Shown here: positions 18,546 to 28,026 of the stretch, one piece after another | Layout: every line of letters begins with the position of its first letter | Position numbering within the stretch: the first letter of the stretch is position 1 | Source: Hydrurus foetidus | Taxonomy: Eukaryota | Length of the DNA stretch: 64,000 nt | Reading direction: 5' to 3' | Assembly (NCBI GenBank): GCA_900617105.1 | Contig: UYFQ01000001.1 | Coordinates: 1,922,001-1,986,000 of the forward strand | The notes under the pieces: generated by a model | What the model was told of the DNA's origin: nothing | The model's input: the letters and a program-made list of their open reading frames with translations, nothing else | Databases searched by the model: none | Program-made: the position numbers and the translations under genes

Positions 18546-19358
18546 CTATCGGGGTGCAGAAGTTACCTTTTTGACAGCTTCAACGGTGATTTTAACAATC
18601 GCATCCACGCCCAATTGCCCATTGGCTGCGCTCGACGGCCTGGGGTCACCGGCCACGCCTGCGCTTTTACCCAACTTGGCTGACTCTGCAAAGCGTTCGG
18701 GTTTGACGAGTGATGCGTCAATTGCCATTAAAAGTGACGTGTCTGCCGTGCCTGCGTGGGTGCCAATCTCCAGCGGCGTCAAGCCTTTTGCTCTTAGCGA
18801 GTCGAGGTAAACGGTTTGCGTGGTGCGGTAGTACTCAGGCAAGTAATGCAGGCGGGTCGACGATTTGGCGGCGCTGCGATTGAACTGCTCAGCCACCTGG
18901 CCCAGTAATTTTTGGTAGTTTCCGCTGTCGCCCAGCAGCACCACGTCAGTAAACCCGTGCTTTTGAAAGCTGCGCGCCGTGCCCAGCAACACTGCTTTAA
19001 AGGTGTCGTCTGGAATCGAAATCGTGCCGGCAAAGCCCATGTGCTCTGTTGGCGGATCAATATTGCCTTCAGGCGTGTAGGCCAGCACGGGGGCAACCAG
19101 CGCATTACCCAGCTGCGCGGCAATCTTGCCCGCGAGTGCTTTGGCCCGCACGTTGTGCTTGCCTATTGCCATGTGCGGGCCGTTTTGCTCGGTGCCGCCG
19201 ATTGGAATCAACACCGTGGTTTTACCGGCCTTCAGCGCCGCGCTCACTTCCTGCGTGGTCAACTCTTCAATGTAGACACTGCCTTGCGCCAGTGCGGCAC
19301 CTTGCAGGCTAGCTGCTGCCCAACAAATAACGATGGCCGCGTAGCGAATTTTTAGCAT
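18546..19358 (-). CDS. Creatininase-family protein with signal peptide
   Basis: IEELT..EV, IPIGGTEQNGPHM..GKH, HAG..DTS. Confidence 0.82.
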   Translation of the reverse strand: MLKIRYAAIVICWAAASLQGAALAQGSVYIEELTTQEVSAALKAGKTTVLIPIGGTEQNGPHMAIGKHNVRAKALAGKIAAQLGNALVAPVLAYTPEGNIDPPTEHMGFAGTISIPDDTFKAVLLGTARSFQKHGFTDVVLLGDSGNYQKLLGQVAEQFNRSAAKSSTRLHYLPEYYRTTQTVYLDSLRAKGLTPLEIGTHAGTADTSLLMAIDASLVKPERFAESAKLGKSAGVAGDPRPSSAANGQLGVDAIVKITVEAVKKVTSAPR

Positions 19359-19441
19359 GCGTTCTTTTGAGTCAAAAAGACATTGTCGCTGGCAGCGCAG
19401 CGCGCCGAACGCAAAGGCGGCGTAGTCGGCACAATTGGGCG

Positions 19442-20599
19442 ATGCCAAAAATTTTGTATTTCTTTTCCCTGTGCAATCTCGTCATTGGCAGCGGCGCATT
19501 TATTTTGGGCGGTATCTTGCAGCCGGTCAGCACCGGGTTGGGTATCAGCGTGGCGGCGGCCGGTCAAGCCATGACTGTCTACGCATTGGCAACCGCTGTA
19601 CTTGCGCCGCTGCTGATTGTGGTGACCGCCGATTGGCCGCGCAAACGCGCCGTTCAATTGGCGTTGGGCCTGTTTGCGGCGGGCAATCTGGTGTCGGCAT
19701 TGGCACCGAGTTTGACAGTTTTGTTGATGGGCCGCGCGCTGATGGGCGCAGGTGCCATGTTTACGGCTGCGGTGTCAGCGCTAGCGGTCACGCTGGTGGC
19801 CCCTAGGCTGGTCGGGCGGGCGCTGTCCACCACCTTTTTAGGCATGAGCATCAGCTACGCAGTGGCGCTGCCGATTGGCGCCTGGCTGGGTTTTGAATTC
19901 GGCTGGCGCGTGCCTGTGTGGCTGTGCGTGGCGGCAAGTGCGCTAGCGCTACTGGCCGCAACGGTGCTGCTGCCCAAAGGCGCGGCAACTGCACGCATTA
20001 ACTTCAGTGGTTTCAAAGCGGCTGCAAGCCAAAGCGCGGTGTTGCGCGTGTGGCTGCGCACGCTGCTGTTTTTTGTCGCTATCTTCAGTGTGTTTACTTA
20101 TGTTGGGCCGGTGTTGTTGGCGTTAAATGCAATGAACTCTGTGGTGCTTTCAGTGGTGCTGGCTTTTTTTGGCGTGGCCGGTGTGGTGGGTACGCTGCTG
20201 GGCGGCTGGGCCAACGACCGATTTGGTTCATTGAGAACCATCACCGTTCAGCTTATCGTGCTGGTCAGCATGATGTGCGTACTGCCATTGACAGCCGGTA
20301 GCCTGGCTGCGACGGTTTGCACGCTGGTGGTGTGGGGCGTGGCCGGTTTTGGATTAACCGCGCCACAGCAAAGCCGACTGGTCAGCCTGTCGCCTAAAGA
20401 CGCGCCACTGCTGCTCAGTTTGAACAGCTCCATGCTGTACGGCGGCACAGCGCTGGGCGCGGTGGTCAGCGGCGCCATGATCAACACCGTGGGTCTGGCA
20501 AATCTGGGCTGGGTGGGCGCGCCGTTTGCGCTGGCGGCACTGGCCACGCTGGCGTTTGACCGTGCGCCGACTGCTAAGGCTTTGCCGAAAACCAGTTAG
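19442..20599 (+). CDS. MFS transporter (DHA1-like)
   Basis: About 12 hydrophobic segments; GQAMTVYAL, GGWANDRFG. Confidence 0.85.
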   Translation: MPKILYFFSLCNLVIGSGAFILGGILQPVSTGLGISVAAAGQAMTVYALATAVLAPLLIVVTADWPRKRAVQLALGLFAAGNLVSALAPSLTVLLMGRALMGAGAMFTAAVSALAVTLVAPRLVGRALSTTFLGMSISYAVALPIGAWLGFEFGWRVPVWLCVAASALALLAATVLLPKGAATARINFSGFKAAASQSAVLRVWLRTLLFFVAIFSVFTYVGPVLLALNAMNSVVLSVVLAFFGVAGVVGTLLGGWANDRFGSLRTITVQLIVLVSMMCVLPLTAGSLAATVCTLVVWGVAGFGLTAPQQSRLVSLSPKDAPLLLSLNSSMLYGGTALGAVVSGAMINTVGLANLGWVGAPFALAALATLAFDRAPTAKALPKTS

Positions 20600-21078
20600 A
20601 CATGGCGCTTGCCTGACCCAGCGCGAGTACCTTTTGGCAGCCAATCAGCCCGCTCATGCAGCGCTTCAATGATGTGGCAAGTGGTGTCCAGCCCATCACA
20701 GCGCCCCCGCAGTGCTTTCAAATCTTTTTCAAGGGCCTTCAGCTCAGCCAGTCTGGCGCGCACATGGCCCAAATGCGCATCTAGCGAGCCACGCGCTGTA
20801 GCGCAATCGGCTTTGTCGTTCAGGTTCAGGCCTAGCAGCGTGCGCACTTCGCTAAGGGACATATCCAGGGCCCTGCACGCACGTATAAAACGCAATTGGT
20901 GAACGTCCCCATCGCTATACATTCGGTAGCTGTTGTCGCCCCGCAGCGTTGGCCTGAGGAGCTTTTCTTTCTCATAAAAGCGAATGTTAGCGGGCGTGAC
21001 GCCGCTTAGCGTTGCCGCCTGGCTGATACGGTAATTGAGCGCCGCTGACGACTCAATGCTGGTGGCGGTGGTGGGCAT
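20596..21078 (-). CDS. cadR: Cd(II)/Pb(II)-responsive MerR-family regulator (start uncertain)
   Basis: IRFYEKEKLL..NSYRMY..FIRACRALDMSLSEVR; Cys ligands ADC..RGRC..TCHII. Confidence 0.82.
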   Translation of the reverse strand: MPTTATSIESSAALNYRISQAATLSGVTPANIRFYEKEKLLRPTLRGDNSYRMYSDGDVHQLRFIRACRALDMSLSEVRTLLGLNLNDKADCATARGSLDAHLGHVRARLAELKALEKDLKALRGRCDGLDTTCHIIEALHERADWLPKGTRAGSGKRHV

Positions 21079-22120
21079 CGGGGAAATGCGCATGGCTGTG
21101 CTCCAGCGGGTCGTGTTGATGCGCGTGTGAATGGCTGCCGTTGGCAGGCACACCGTCCACGTCAAGGTGCGCGTGTTGGTGGTGCTCGTCATGCGTATGA
21201 AGATGCGTATGCGCTAGAGCCGTATGCTGATGCAAGTGGCCGTGGTCTTCTGTCAAATGCAGCCACACGCCCACCCCCATCAATGCGCTGGCCAGCCCCA
21301 ATTGCCCTGTGATCGGCTCTGCAAAAAACACAACCGAAATTGCAGCCCCCACAAAAGGCGCTACTGAAAAGTACGCCCCCGAACGTGATGCACCTAAATA
21401 CCGCAGCGCCACGACAAACAGCGCCAGGCTAACGCCGTAAGCCAAAAAGCCAACCAGCATGGCAGCGCTAATTGCCGCTAGCGACGGCCACGCCGCGCCC
21501 AGCACAAAAGCCAGCAGCAAATTGGTTGTGCCTGCCGCCAGGCCTTTAACGCAGGCAATCCACGACGCATCAGCATGCGCTACCTTGCGCGTAAAGTTGT
21601 TGTCCAGTGCCCAGAAAGCGCAGGCCAGCAGCACCGCCAGCGCGGGCCAAAATTGCGCGGCCTGCAGGTCTGCATTCACGGCACCCTGCGGCCAGCTAAG
21701 CAAAAATGCGCCCGCCACAATCAGCGCCATGCCCAGCACAATGCGGCGGCCCAAGTGCTCTTTAAAAAGCGTCCAAGCCAAAAACGTAGTAAGCACCGCT
21801 TCGGCATTGAGCAGCAGCGATGCATAGCTGGCCGCCATGCCTGACAAGCCAAACATCAACAACACAGGCGCCGCCCCGCCGCCGCAAACCACGGCCGCGA
21901 CCAGCCAAAGTGCTTCATTGCGATTCAGGCGCGGCGTTGGCAGCCCTTTTATCAGCCGATACACCAACAGCCCCAGGCCCGAGCCCGCGTACAACAAACC
22001 AGCCAGCAGCCACGGGCTAACCTGACCCAACGAGCCACCCAGCAGCGCTTTGGCCAATGGCGTGCCCGCGCCGAATAAAAAAGCCGACGCCAATGCGGCC
22101 CACACGCCGATGTTTCCCAT
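21053..22120 (-). CDS. EamA/DMT transporter with His-rich C-terminus
   Basis: About 10 TM; WALDNNFTRK; tail HTHLHTHDEHHQHAH..HFPDAHHRHQH. Confidence 0.87.
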   Translation of the reverse strand: MGNIGVWAALASAFLFGAGTPLAKALLGGSLGQVSPWLLAGLLYAGSGLGLLVYRLIKGLPTPRLNRNEALWLVAAVVCGGGAAPVLLMFGLSGMAASYASLLLNAEAVLTTFLAWTLFKEHLGRRIVLGMALIVAGAFLLSWPQGAVNADLQAAQFWPALAVLLACAFWALDNNFTRKVAHADASWIACVKGLAAGTTNLLLAFVLGAAWPSLAAISAAMLVGFLAYGVSLALFVVALRYLGASRSGAYFSVAPFVGAAISVVFFAEPITGQLGLASALMGVGVWLHLTEDHGHLHQHTALAHTHLHTHDEHHQHAHLDVDGVPANGSHSHAHQHDPLEHSHAHFPDAHHRHQH

Positions 22121-22155
22121 ATCCTTAGCGTTTAACCGTGTTATTTTCAAAGTTC

Positions 22156-22186
22156 TTGACCTTCAAGTGGCTTTAGAGTTTCCAAT
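22156..22186 (+). promoter_or_regulatory. MerR-type promoter with 19-bp spacer upstream of CDF gene
   Basis: TTGACC-[TTCAAGTGGCTTTAGAGTT]-TCCAAT with imperfect dyad in the spacer. Confidence 0.75.
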
Positions 22187-22220
22187 CATGCCATTGAAGC
22201 AAAAATCAGGAACCAAACCC

Positions 22221-22850
22221 ATGTCAGCCCACTGCGGACACTCACACGCCGACGACAGCAAAAACGCCAACAGCCCCCGCCACCGCAATATTTTGTGGAT
22301 TGCGCTGGTGGTCAACTTGGCCATGTTTGCCGTTGAAATTGGCGCAGGCTTCAGGTCAGGCTCAACCTCGCTGTTGGCCGATGCGATTGATTTTTTTGGT
22401 GATGCGGCCAACTACGGCGTGTCGCTGGCCGTACTGTCGGCAGGTGTCGTTTTGCGCGCGCGCGCGGCACTCATCAAAGGCGCTTGCATGATCGGTTTCG
22501 GCATATTTGTGTTGGGTCGCGCAGCGTGGATGTTTAACCAAGGCGGCACGCCCGAAGCACTCACCATGGGCAGCATTGGCCTGCTGGCGTTGATAGCCAA
22601 CGTAGCAGTAGCGGCCATGCTGTATGCGTACCGTGAAGGCGATGCCAACATGCGTAGCGTATGGCTGTGCTCACGCAACGACGCGATAGGCAACATTGCT
22701 GTGATGCTGGCGGCGCTTGGCGTGCTGGGCACAGCCAGCGCTTGGCCCGACTTGCTGGTGGCCAGCGGCATGGCTGTACTGGCACTTAGCGGTGGCTGGT
22801 CGGTCGTTAGGCAGGCCGTTGGCGAAATCAAACAAACACAAACCAGCTAA
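22221..22850 (+). CDS. Cation diffusion facilitator (Co/Zn/Cd) lacking C-terminal domain
   Basis: SLLADAIDFFGDAANY, NMRSVWLCSRNDAIGN, WPDL. Confidence 0.88.
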   Translation: MSAHCGHSHADDSKNANSPRHRNILWIALVVNLAMFAVEIGAGFRSGSTSLLADAIDFFGDAANYGVSLAVLSAGVVLRARAALIKGACMIGFGIFVLGRAAWMFNQGGTPEALTMGSIGLLALIANVAVAAMLYAYREGDANMRSVWLCSRNDAIGNIAVMLAALGVLGTASAWPDLLVASGMAVLALSGGWSVVRQAVGEIKQTQTS

Positions 22851-22866
22851 TCAACAAAAGCGCAAC

Positions 22867-23652
22867 ATGACAATTGCAACTTATCCACTGTCTGGCCTGC
22901 ACTGCGGCGCTTGCGTTAAAAAAGTAAGCCAAGCGTTAGCGCCATTGGCAACTAGCGTTGCCGTTAGCCTGCAGCCGATGCAAGTAGTGTTGACGGATGC
23001 AACGGTTGGCTTTGATGCGTTGAAATCTGCCGTAGAGAGCGCTGGAAAGTACGTCCTGTTGCCTAATTCAGTGCCAAATAATGCATTAAATATGCCTGTA
23101 GCCCAATCAATACGGGCGCAAGCAGCTCCTGAAATAATAGCGAATTCAGAGCTCACACCAAGCTGGCTGGCCACCTATTACCCGCTGCTTTTAATAGTGG
23201 GGTACATCTTTGGTGGGAGTTTGCTGGTGCAAATTGGCGTGGGCGGCCTGGCTAGCATCAACACCATGGACACCATGCGCTACTTCATGGCCGGTTTCTT
23301 TTTGGTCTTTTCGTTTTTCAAGCTGCTGGACATCAACGCCTTTGCTGACGCCTATGCAGGTTATGACTTGCTGGCAAAGCGCTGGCGCGGCTGGGGTTTG
23401 GTTTACCCGTTTGTTGATCTGGCACTTGGCGCGGCCTATCTGGCCAACTTCAATCCAGCGCTGACCCACTGGGCGACCATTATCGTGATGGGGTTTTCAG
23501 CCATTGGCGTAATCAAGGCAGTGCTGAGCAAAACCCAAATTCAGTGCGCCTGCTTGGGCACAGTCTTCAAGCTGCCAATGAGCACGGTGACGATTGTTGA
23601 AGATGTGGGTATGGTGGCGATGGCGGCTGCGATGTTGGTTTTTACAGTTTGA
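22867..23652 (+). CDS. HMA domain + MauE/DoxX-like membrane protein
   Basis: GLHCGAC; FMAGFFLVFSFFKLL; IQCACLGTVFKLPMSTVTIVED. Confidence 0.85.
   Translation: MTIATYPLSGLHCGACVKKVSQALAPLATSVAVSLQPMQVVLTDATVGFDALKSAVESAGKYVLLPNSVPNNALNMPVAQSIRAQAAPEIIANSELTPSWLATYYPLLLIVGYIFGGSLLVQIGVGGLASINTMDTMRYFMAGFFLVFSFFKLLDINAFADAYAGYDLLAKRWRGWGLVYPFVDLALGAAYLANFNPALTHWATIIVMGFSAIGVIKAVLSKTQIQCACLGTVFKLPMSTVTIVEDVGMVAMAAAMLVFTV
23086..23141 (-). repeat. 56-bp element copy 7, antisense in HMA-MauE linker (NMPVAQSIRAQAAPEIIA)
   Basis: Reverse complement gctattatttcaggagctgcttgcgcccgtattgattgggctacaggcatattt. Confidence 0.9.
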
Positions 23653-23655
23653 CTA

Positions 23656-23683
23656 TTGAACTTTTACACGCCTGCCCTATCAT
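23656..23683 (+). promoter_or_regulatory. Candidate leaderless promoter TTGAAC-N16-TATCAT-N6-ATG
   Basis: Identical architecture at 31693-31720 before the paralogous ORF. Confidence 0.65.
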
Positions 23684-23689
23684 TAACCC

Positions 23690-24115
23690 ATGCGCCATTT
23701 TGTCCTCGCCCTCATGATTGCCCTGCTGCCGTTGCGCGGCTGGGCGGGGGACGCGATGGCTACGCAAATGGCCAGCAATGCAATTGCTATGGAATCAGGA
23801 GCTGCTCGCGCCCATGAAATGGTCGCTGGAGCCACTTTTTACTCCCAAAAAGAGCATGTGGAGGCTTCGCACGCGGTTCCTGATTGCCATGAGCTTCCTG
23901 CAGCTCAGCCTACCGGTCAAGGCGAGGCAGAAACCGTTGCAGCCAGCGACCATTGCGGCACTTGCCAAGCCTGCCAGGCTTGCCATACAGTGGCGTTGTC
24001 ACCTTCTGCCTTTGCAGTAACGGCGTCTTTCACGCCACCCCAGCTGCGGCCAATGCGCACCGCAGCATTTACCAGCGCAGCCGCAGCGCTGGGTCAAAAA
24101 CCACCGATTTCCTAG
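23690..24115 (+). CDS. Cys-rich exported leader protein (DUF2946/CutF/CzcI-like), paralog 1
   Basis: ALMIALLPLRGWAG signal; HCGTCQACQACH; ends GQKPPIS. Confidence 0.75.
   Translation: MRHFVLALMIALLPLRGWAGDAMATQMASNAIAMESGAARAHEMVAGATFYSQKEHVEASHAVPDCHELPAAQPTGQGEAETVAASDHCGTCQACQACHTVALSPSAFAVTASFTPPQLRPMRTAAFTSAAAALGQKPPIS
23786..23841 (+). repeat. 56-bp element copy 8, in-frame in leader paralog 1 (AMESGAARAHEMVAGATF)
   Basis: gctatggaatcaggagctgctcgcgcccatgaaatggtcgctggagccactttt. Confidence 0.8.
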
Positions 24116-24239
24116 ACTTCAGGCCCAAACTGGGTCTGTACTTTGCCGTTTGGCGCGCGCTTGCATAGCGTTCGCTTGAACACCGCGATTTTTAACAATC
24201 GTTTGTGATTATTTGCAATAGTTTTAGGGAAGTTTCATC

Positions 24240-24557
24240 ATGGTTTTATCCGCCTTAACCAAGCGCCATTGGCTAGCCGTCTATGCACTTAGCATGACAC
24301 TGGCTGGCGCTGCAAACGCTCAAACTCCGGCTCCGCCGGCGTCAGTATTTGATAGCTACAAGCCGTACACCGACGAGTCAGTGGCCAACTGGAAAGCAGC
24401 CAACGACACCACGGCCCGCATTGGCGGCTGGCGTGAATACGCCAAGCAAGCGCAAGAGCAGCCAGGCAAGCCTGCAAACATCCTCGTGCTGCCGACTACA
24501 CCAGCTACCAAGGCAAGCGACGCCAGCGTTGAGCCCGTCAAGAAAGCCAAGCCATGA
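24240..24557 (+). CDS. Small exported protein of copper-resistance operon
   Basis: Signal peptide; SVFDSYKPY..WKAANDTTARIGGWREYAK; overlaps TolC start. Confidence 0.78.
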   Translation: MVLSALTKRHWLAVYALSMTLAGAANAQTPAPPASVFDSYKPYTDESVANWKAANDTTARIGGWREYAKQAQEQPGKPANILVLPTTPATKASDASVEPVKKAKP

Positions 24558-25984
24558 ACAAGCTGATGACACCCAGATTTTTTAAACTGCCGGGTCTGGC
24601 TGCGGCAGCGCTGGTGCTGGCAGGTTGCGCGTCGGTTGACTTCGACCAGGCCGTAGGCGATGCCAACCAAACGACCAGCAGTTTTACGGGCGGCAAGCTG
24701 GCGCTGAATCGCACCGCCGAGCAGCGTGATGCTAAAGCTAAGCTGGCAACCGATTTTCTGGCCAAGCCTTTGAGCGCTGACGATGCGGTGCAGCTTGCCC
24801 TGGCCAACAGCCCGACCGTGCAAAGCATGCTGGCGCAAAGCTGGGCTGACATGTCGGCGGCCAACCAGGCTGCCCGCATTGGCAACCCGCTGTTCACGGT
24901 TGAGCGCATCACTTTTAAAGACGAGCTTGAGTTGGGCCGACTGCTGTCGTTTGGTCTGCTTGATTTGTTGACCTTACCGCGCCGTTTTGCCATTGCCCAA
25001 AGTCAAATCGCACAGTCGCAAGTGCAGCTATCAGCCAGCGTGATCGATCAGGTGACGCAAACTCGCCAGGCATGGGTGAAAGCGGTAGCCGCCAGCCAGG
25101 TGTTGCAATACGCAGAGCAAATCAACGCTGCTGCTGAAGCCAGTGCCGAGCTGGCCAAGCGCATGCAGCAAGTGGGTAACTTCAACAAGCTACAGCGTGC
25201 ACGCCAGCAGGTTTTTTACGCTGACAGCACGGCGCAACTGGCAGCCGCGCAGCACAGCGCATTGGCTGCACGTGAAGAACTGGTGCGGCAACTGGGCCTG
25301 ACCGACTCACAAGCAATGCAACTCAAATTGCCAGATCGCCTGCCAGACCTGCCAAACGCGGCGCGCGCGCCTAGCCAAGTCAGCAGCGCTGCCCTGGAGC
25401 AACGGCTAGACGTGCAGTTGGCGCGCGGTCAGCTCGATGCGGCGGGCAAAGCCCAAGGTCTGAACCTGCTCACCAGCCTGATAGATGTGGAGTTAGGCGT
25501 GCGGCGCGACACGGTTTTTGACAACCCGGCGGGCACCTCTACCCCCAGACGCGGCTACGAGCTGGGCATCAGGCTACCTATTTTTGACTGGGGCAATGCC
25601 AGGCGCGATGCCATGAACGCGCAATCGCTAACAGCGGCCAACCGCTACGAAGGCACCGTGCGCAGCGCCACATCACAACTGCGTGAAAGTTATTCCGCCT
25701 ACCGCACGGCGTACGACGTGGCCCGCCACTATCGTGACGAAGTGGTGCCGCTGCGCAAAACTATGGCGGAAGAAAATTTGCTGCGCTACAACGGCATGTT
25801 GATTGGCGTGTTTGAGCTGCTGGCCGACACGCGCGACCAGATAAGCAGCGTGGTGACCGCAATTACCGCTTACCAACAATTTTGGCTGGCCGATGCCGTA
25901 CTCAGCGCGTCCATGACAGGCAGGCCCACGCCTGTGATGATGGCCGCCCCAGCTGCAGGCAGTGCTGAAAAGCAAGCTCACTAA
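24554..25984 (+). CDS. TolC-family outer-membrane lipoprotein (copper resistance)
   Basis: LAGC lipobox; LPIFDWG; ENLLRYNGMLIGVFELLAD. Confidence 0.9.
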   Translation: MNKLMTPRFFKLPGLAAAALVLAGCASVDFDQAVGDANQTTSSFTGGKLALNRTAEQRDAKAKLATDFLAKPLSADDAVQLALANSPTVQSMLAQSWADMSAANQAARIGNPLFTVERITFKDELELGRLLSFGLLDLLTLPRRFAIAQSQIAQSQVQLSASVIDQVTQTRQAWVKAVAASQVLQYAEQINAAAEASAELAKRMQQVGNFNKLQRARQQVFYADSTAQLAAAQHSALAAREELVRQLGLTDSQAMQLKLPDRLPDLPNAARAPSQVSSAALEQRLDVQLARGQLDAAGKAQGLNLLTSLIDVELGVRRDTVFDNPAGTSTPRRGYELGIRLPIFDWGNARRDAMNAQSLTAANRYEGTVRSATSQLRESYSAYRTAYDVARHYRDEVVPLRKTMAEENLLRYNGMLIGVFELLADTRDQISSVVTAITAYQQFWLADAVLSASMTGRPTPVMMAAPAAGSAEKQAH

Positions 25985-26006
25985 ATTCATTTGATAAAGA
26001 TTCACC

Positions 26007-27449
26007 ATGAACAACAGACGAAACTTTTTAAGCGGTGCAGGGGCAATCGCAACGGCAGTAACTGCAGCCGCCGTCAGCCGCGTGGCCATGGCCGCCCTGC
26101 CCGAACCGGTACTGCAAACCAAGCCCGACACCATGGCGCCACTGGTGCCCAACACCGGCCGCCCGTACAACCCGGTGGTCACGCTCAACGGCTGGACATT
26201 GCCCTGGCGCATGAACAACGGCGTCAAAGAATTCCACTTGGTAGCAGAACCCGTGGTGCGGGAATTTGCTCCTGGTTTTAAAGGCCACCTGTGGGGCTAC
26301 AACGGCCAGTCACCCGGCCCGACGATTGAGGTTGTTGAGGGCGACCGCGTGCGAATTTTTGTGACCAACAAATTGCCCGAGCACACCAGCGTGCACTGGC
26401 ACGGCCAGCGCCTGCCCAACGGCATGGACGGGGTCAGTGGCTTGAACCAGAAAGCCATACCCGTCGGCAAAACTTTTGTGTACGAGTTTGTCGCGCGCCG
26501 ACCGGGTACTTTCATGTACCACCCGCACGCCGACGAGATGACGCAAATGGCCATGGGCATGATGGGTTTTTGGATCACGCACCCCAAGGCAAAACATCCA
26601 CTGATTGATGAAGTAGACCGCGACTTTGTGTTTTTGCTCAACGCCTACGACATTGACCCCGGTGCGTACACCCCCAAAATCATGACCATGCTGGACTTCA
26701 ACATCTGGAGCTGGAACAGCCGCGTGTTCCCTGGCATTGACCCACTGGTGGTGCGGAAAAATGACAAGGTGCGCATCCGCTTTGGCAACCTGACCATGAC
26801 GAATCATCCGATTCACATTCACGGCCATGAGTTCACCGTGACGGGCACTGACGGCGGCGCAACGCCCAAAACAGGCCGCTGGCCCGAGGTAACGACCGAC
26901 GTGGCTGTGGGCCAAATGCGGCAAATCGAATTTGTGGCGGATGAAGAAGGCGACTGGGCCTTTCACTGCCACAAGAGCCACCACACCATGAACGCCATGG
27001 GTCACGATGTGCCAACGCTGATTGGTGTTGATCACCGCGAGATCGTCAAAAAAATCACCAACGTGATTCCTGACTACATGGTGATGGGCGAGCGCGGCAT
27101 GGCCGACATGGCGGAAATGGACATGCCTCTGCCCGACAACACCGCCAAGATGATGACCGGCGAAGGCCCGTTTGGCAGTGTCGAGATGGGCGGCATGTTC
27201 AGCATGGTCAAAGTGCGCAAAGACCAAAAGCCGGGCGACTACAAAGACCCGGGTTGGTACAAACACCCTCCTGGCACTGTGGCGTATGAATGGACGGGTG
27301 CATTGCCCAACCCGGCGCGTTTTGCATCAGAAGGCGGACAGTCCATGAGGGTGCAAAACATGCCCTTAAAGCAAGTTGAAGTGCAAGTGCGTAAGCCTGT
27401 GATGGGTACCAAAGGCACAGGCATCAAGCACGAAGGCATGAAGCATTAA
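26007..27449 (+). CDS. Tat-exported multicopper oxidase
   Basis: NRRNFL Tat motif; HWHG, MYHPH, HPIHIHGH, HCHKSHH. Confidence 0.93.
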   Translation: MNNRRNFLSGAGAIATAVTAAAVSRVAMAALPEPVLQTKPDTMAPLVPNTGRPYNPVVTLNGWTLPWRMNNGVKEFHLVAEPVVREFAPGFKGHLWGYNGQSPGPTIEVVEGDRVRIFVTNKLPEHTSVHWHGQRLPNGMDGVSGLNQKAIPVGKTFVYEFVARRPGTFMYHPHADEMTQMAMGMMGFWITHPKAKHPLIDEVDRDFVFLLNAYDIDPGAYTPKIMTMLDFNIWSWNSRVFPGIDPLVVRKNDKVRIRFGNLTMTNHPIHIHGHEFTVTGTDGGATPKTGRWPEVTTDVAVGQMRQIEFVADEEGDWAFHCHKSHHTMNAMGHDVPTLIGVDHREIVKKITNVIPDYMVMGERGMADMAEMDMPLPDNTAKMMTGEGPFGSVEMGGMFSMVKVRKDQKPGDYKDPGWYKHPPGTVAYEWTGALPNPARFASEGGQSMRVQNMPLKQVEVQVRKPVMGTKGTGIKHEGMKH

Positions 27450-27478
27450 ATTTTTAATCCTTATACAAAGATCACATC

Positions 27479-27979
27479 ATGAAACATATCACTCTTAAAT
27501 TAATAGCTGCTTGCGCTCTAATAACGTGGGCTACAGGCTCTTTTGCGCATGAAAAAACGCCTCACAAGGCTAAAACCGCTGCTGTCGTGAAGGAGCAAAA
27601 AGACTGGGGCATTGCCGGCGATGCCAAGTCCGTGAAGCAGGAGATCACGTTGGTCATGAACGACAGCATGCGTTTTACACCCAGCGCTATTACGGTCAAG
27701 CTGGGCGATACGGTTCGCTTTGTTGTCAAAAATCAGGGAAAGCAGATGCATGAGATGGTCATCGGCACCAAGAAAGAACTGGAGGCACATGCCGCGCTGA
27801 TGGTGAAGTTCCCCACCATGGAGCATGACGAGCCTTACATGGCGCACGTTGCGGCTGGCAAAACGCAAGACCTGATCTGGACATTCAACCGCGCAGGCGA
27901 GTTTGAGTTTGCTTGCCTGATTGCAGGCCATTACCAAGCCGGTATGGTCGGCAGGATTTCCGTGCTGAAGACGCAATGA
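27479..27979 (+). CDS. Periplasmic cupredoxin (CopI-like)
   Basis: MRFTP, HEMVIG, FACLIAGHYQAGM type-1 Cu site. Confidence 0.88.
   Translation: MKHITLKLIAACALITWATGSFAHEKTPHKAKTAAVVKEQKDWGIAGDAKSVKQEITLVMNDSMRFTPSAITVKLGDTVRFVVKNQGKQMHEMVIGTKKELEAHAALMVKFPTMEHDEPYMAHVAAGKTQDLIWTFNRAGEFEFACLIAGHYQAGMVGRISVLKTQ
27491..27546 (+). repeat. 56-bp element copy 9, encodes cupredoxin signal-peptide core (TLKLIAACALITWATGSF)
   Basis: actcttaaattaatagctgcttgcgctctaataacgtgggctacaggctctttt. Confidence 0.8.
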
Positions 27980-28026
27980 CAGTCAACTTACTAATTTTTA
28001 AACTTTTTAACCTTTGAAAGAAAACC

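Noticed and set aside
19305..19335. 17th copy of the 56-bp element (TAGCTGCTGCCC)
   Set aside because: Only a partial core; flanks and spacing do not match
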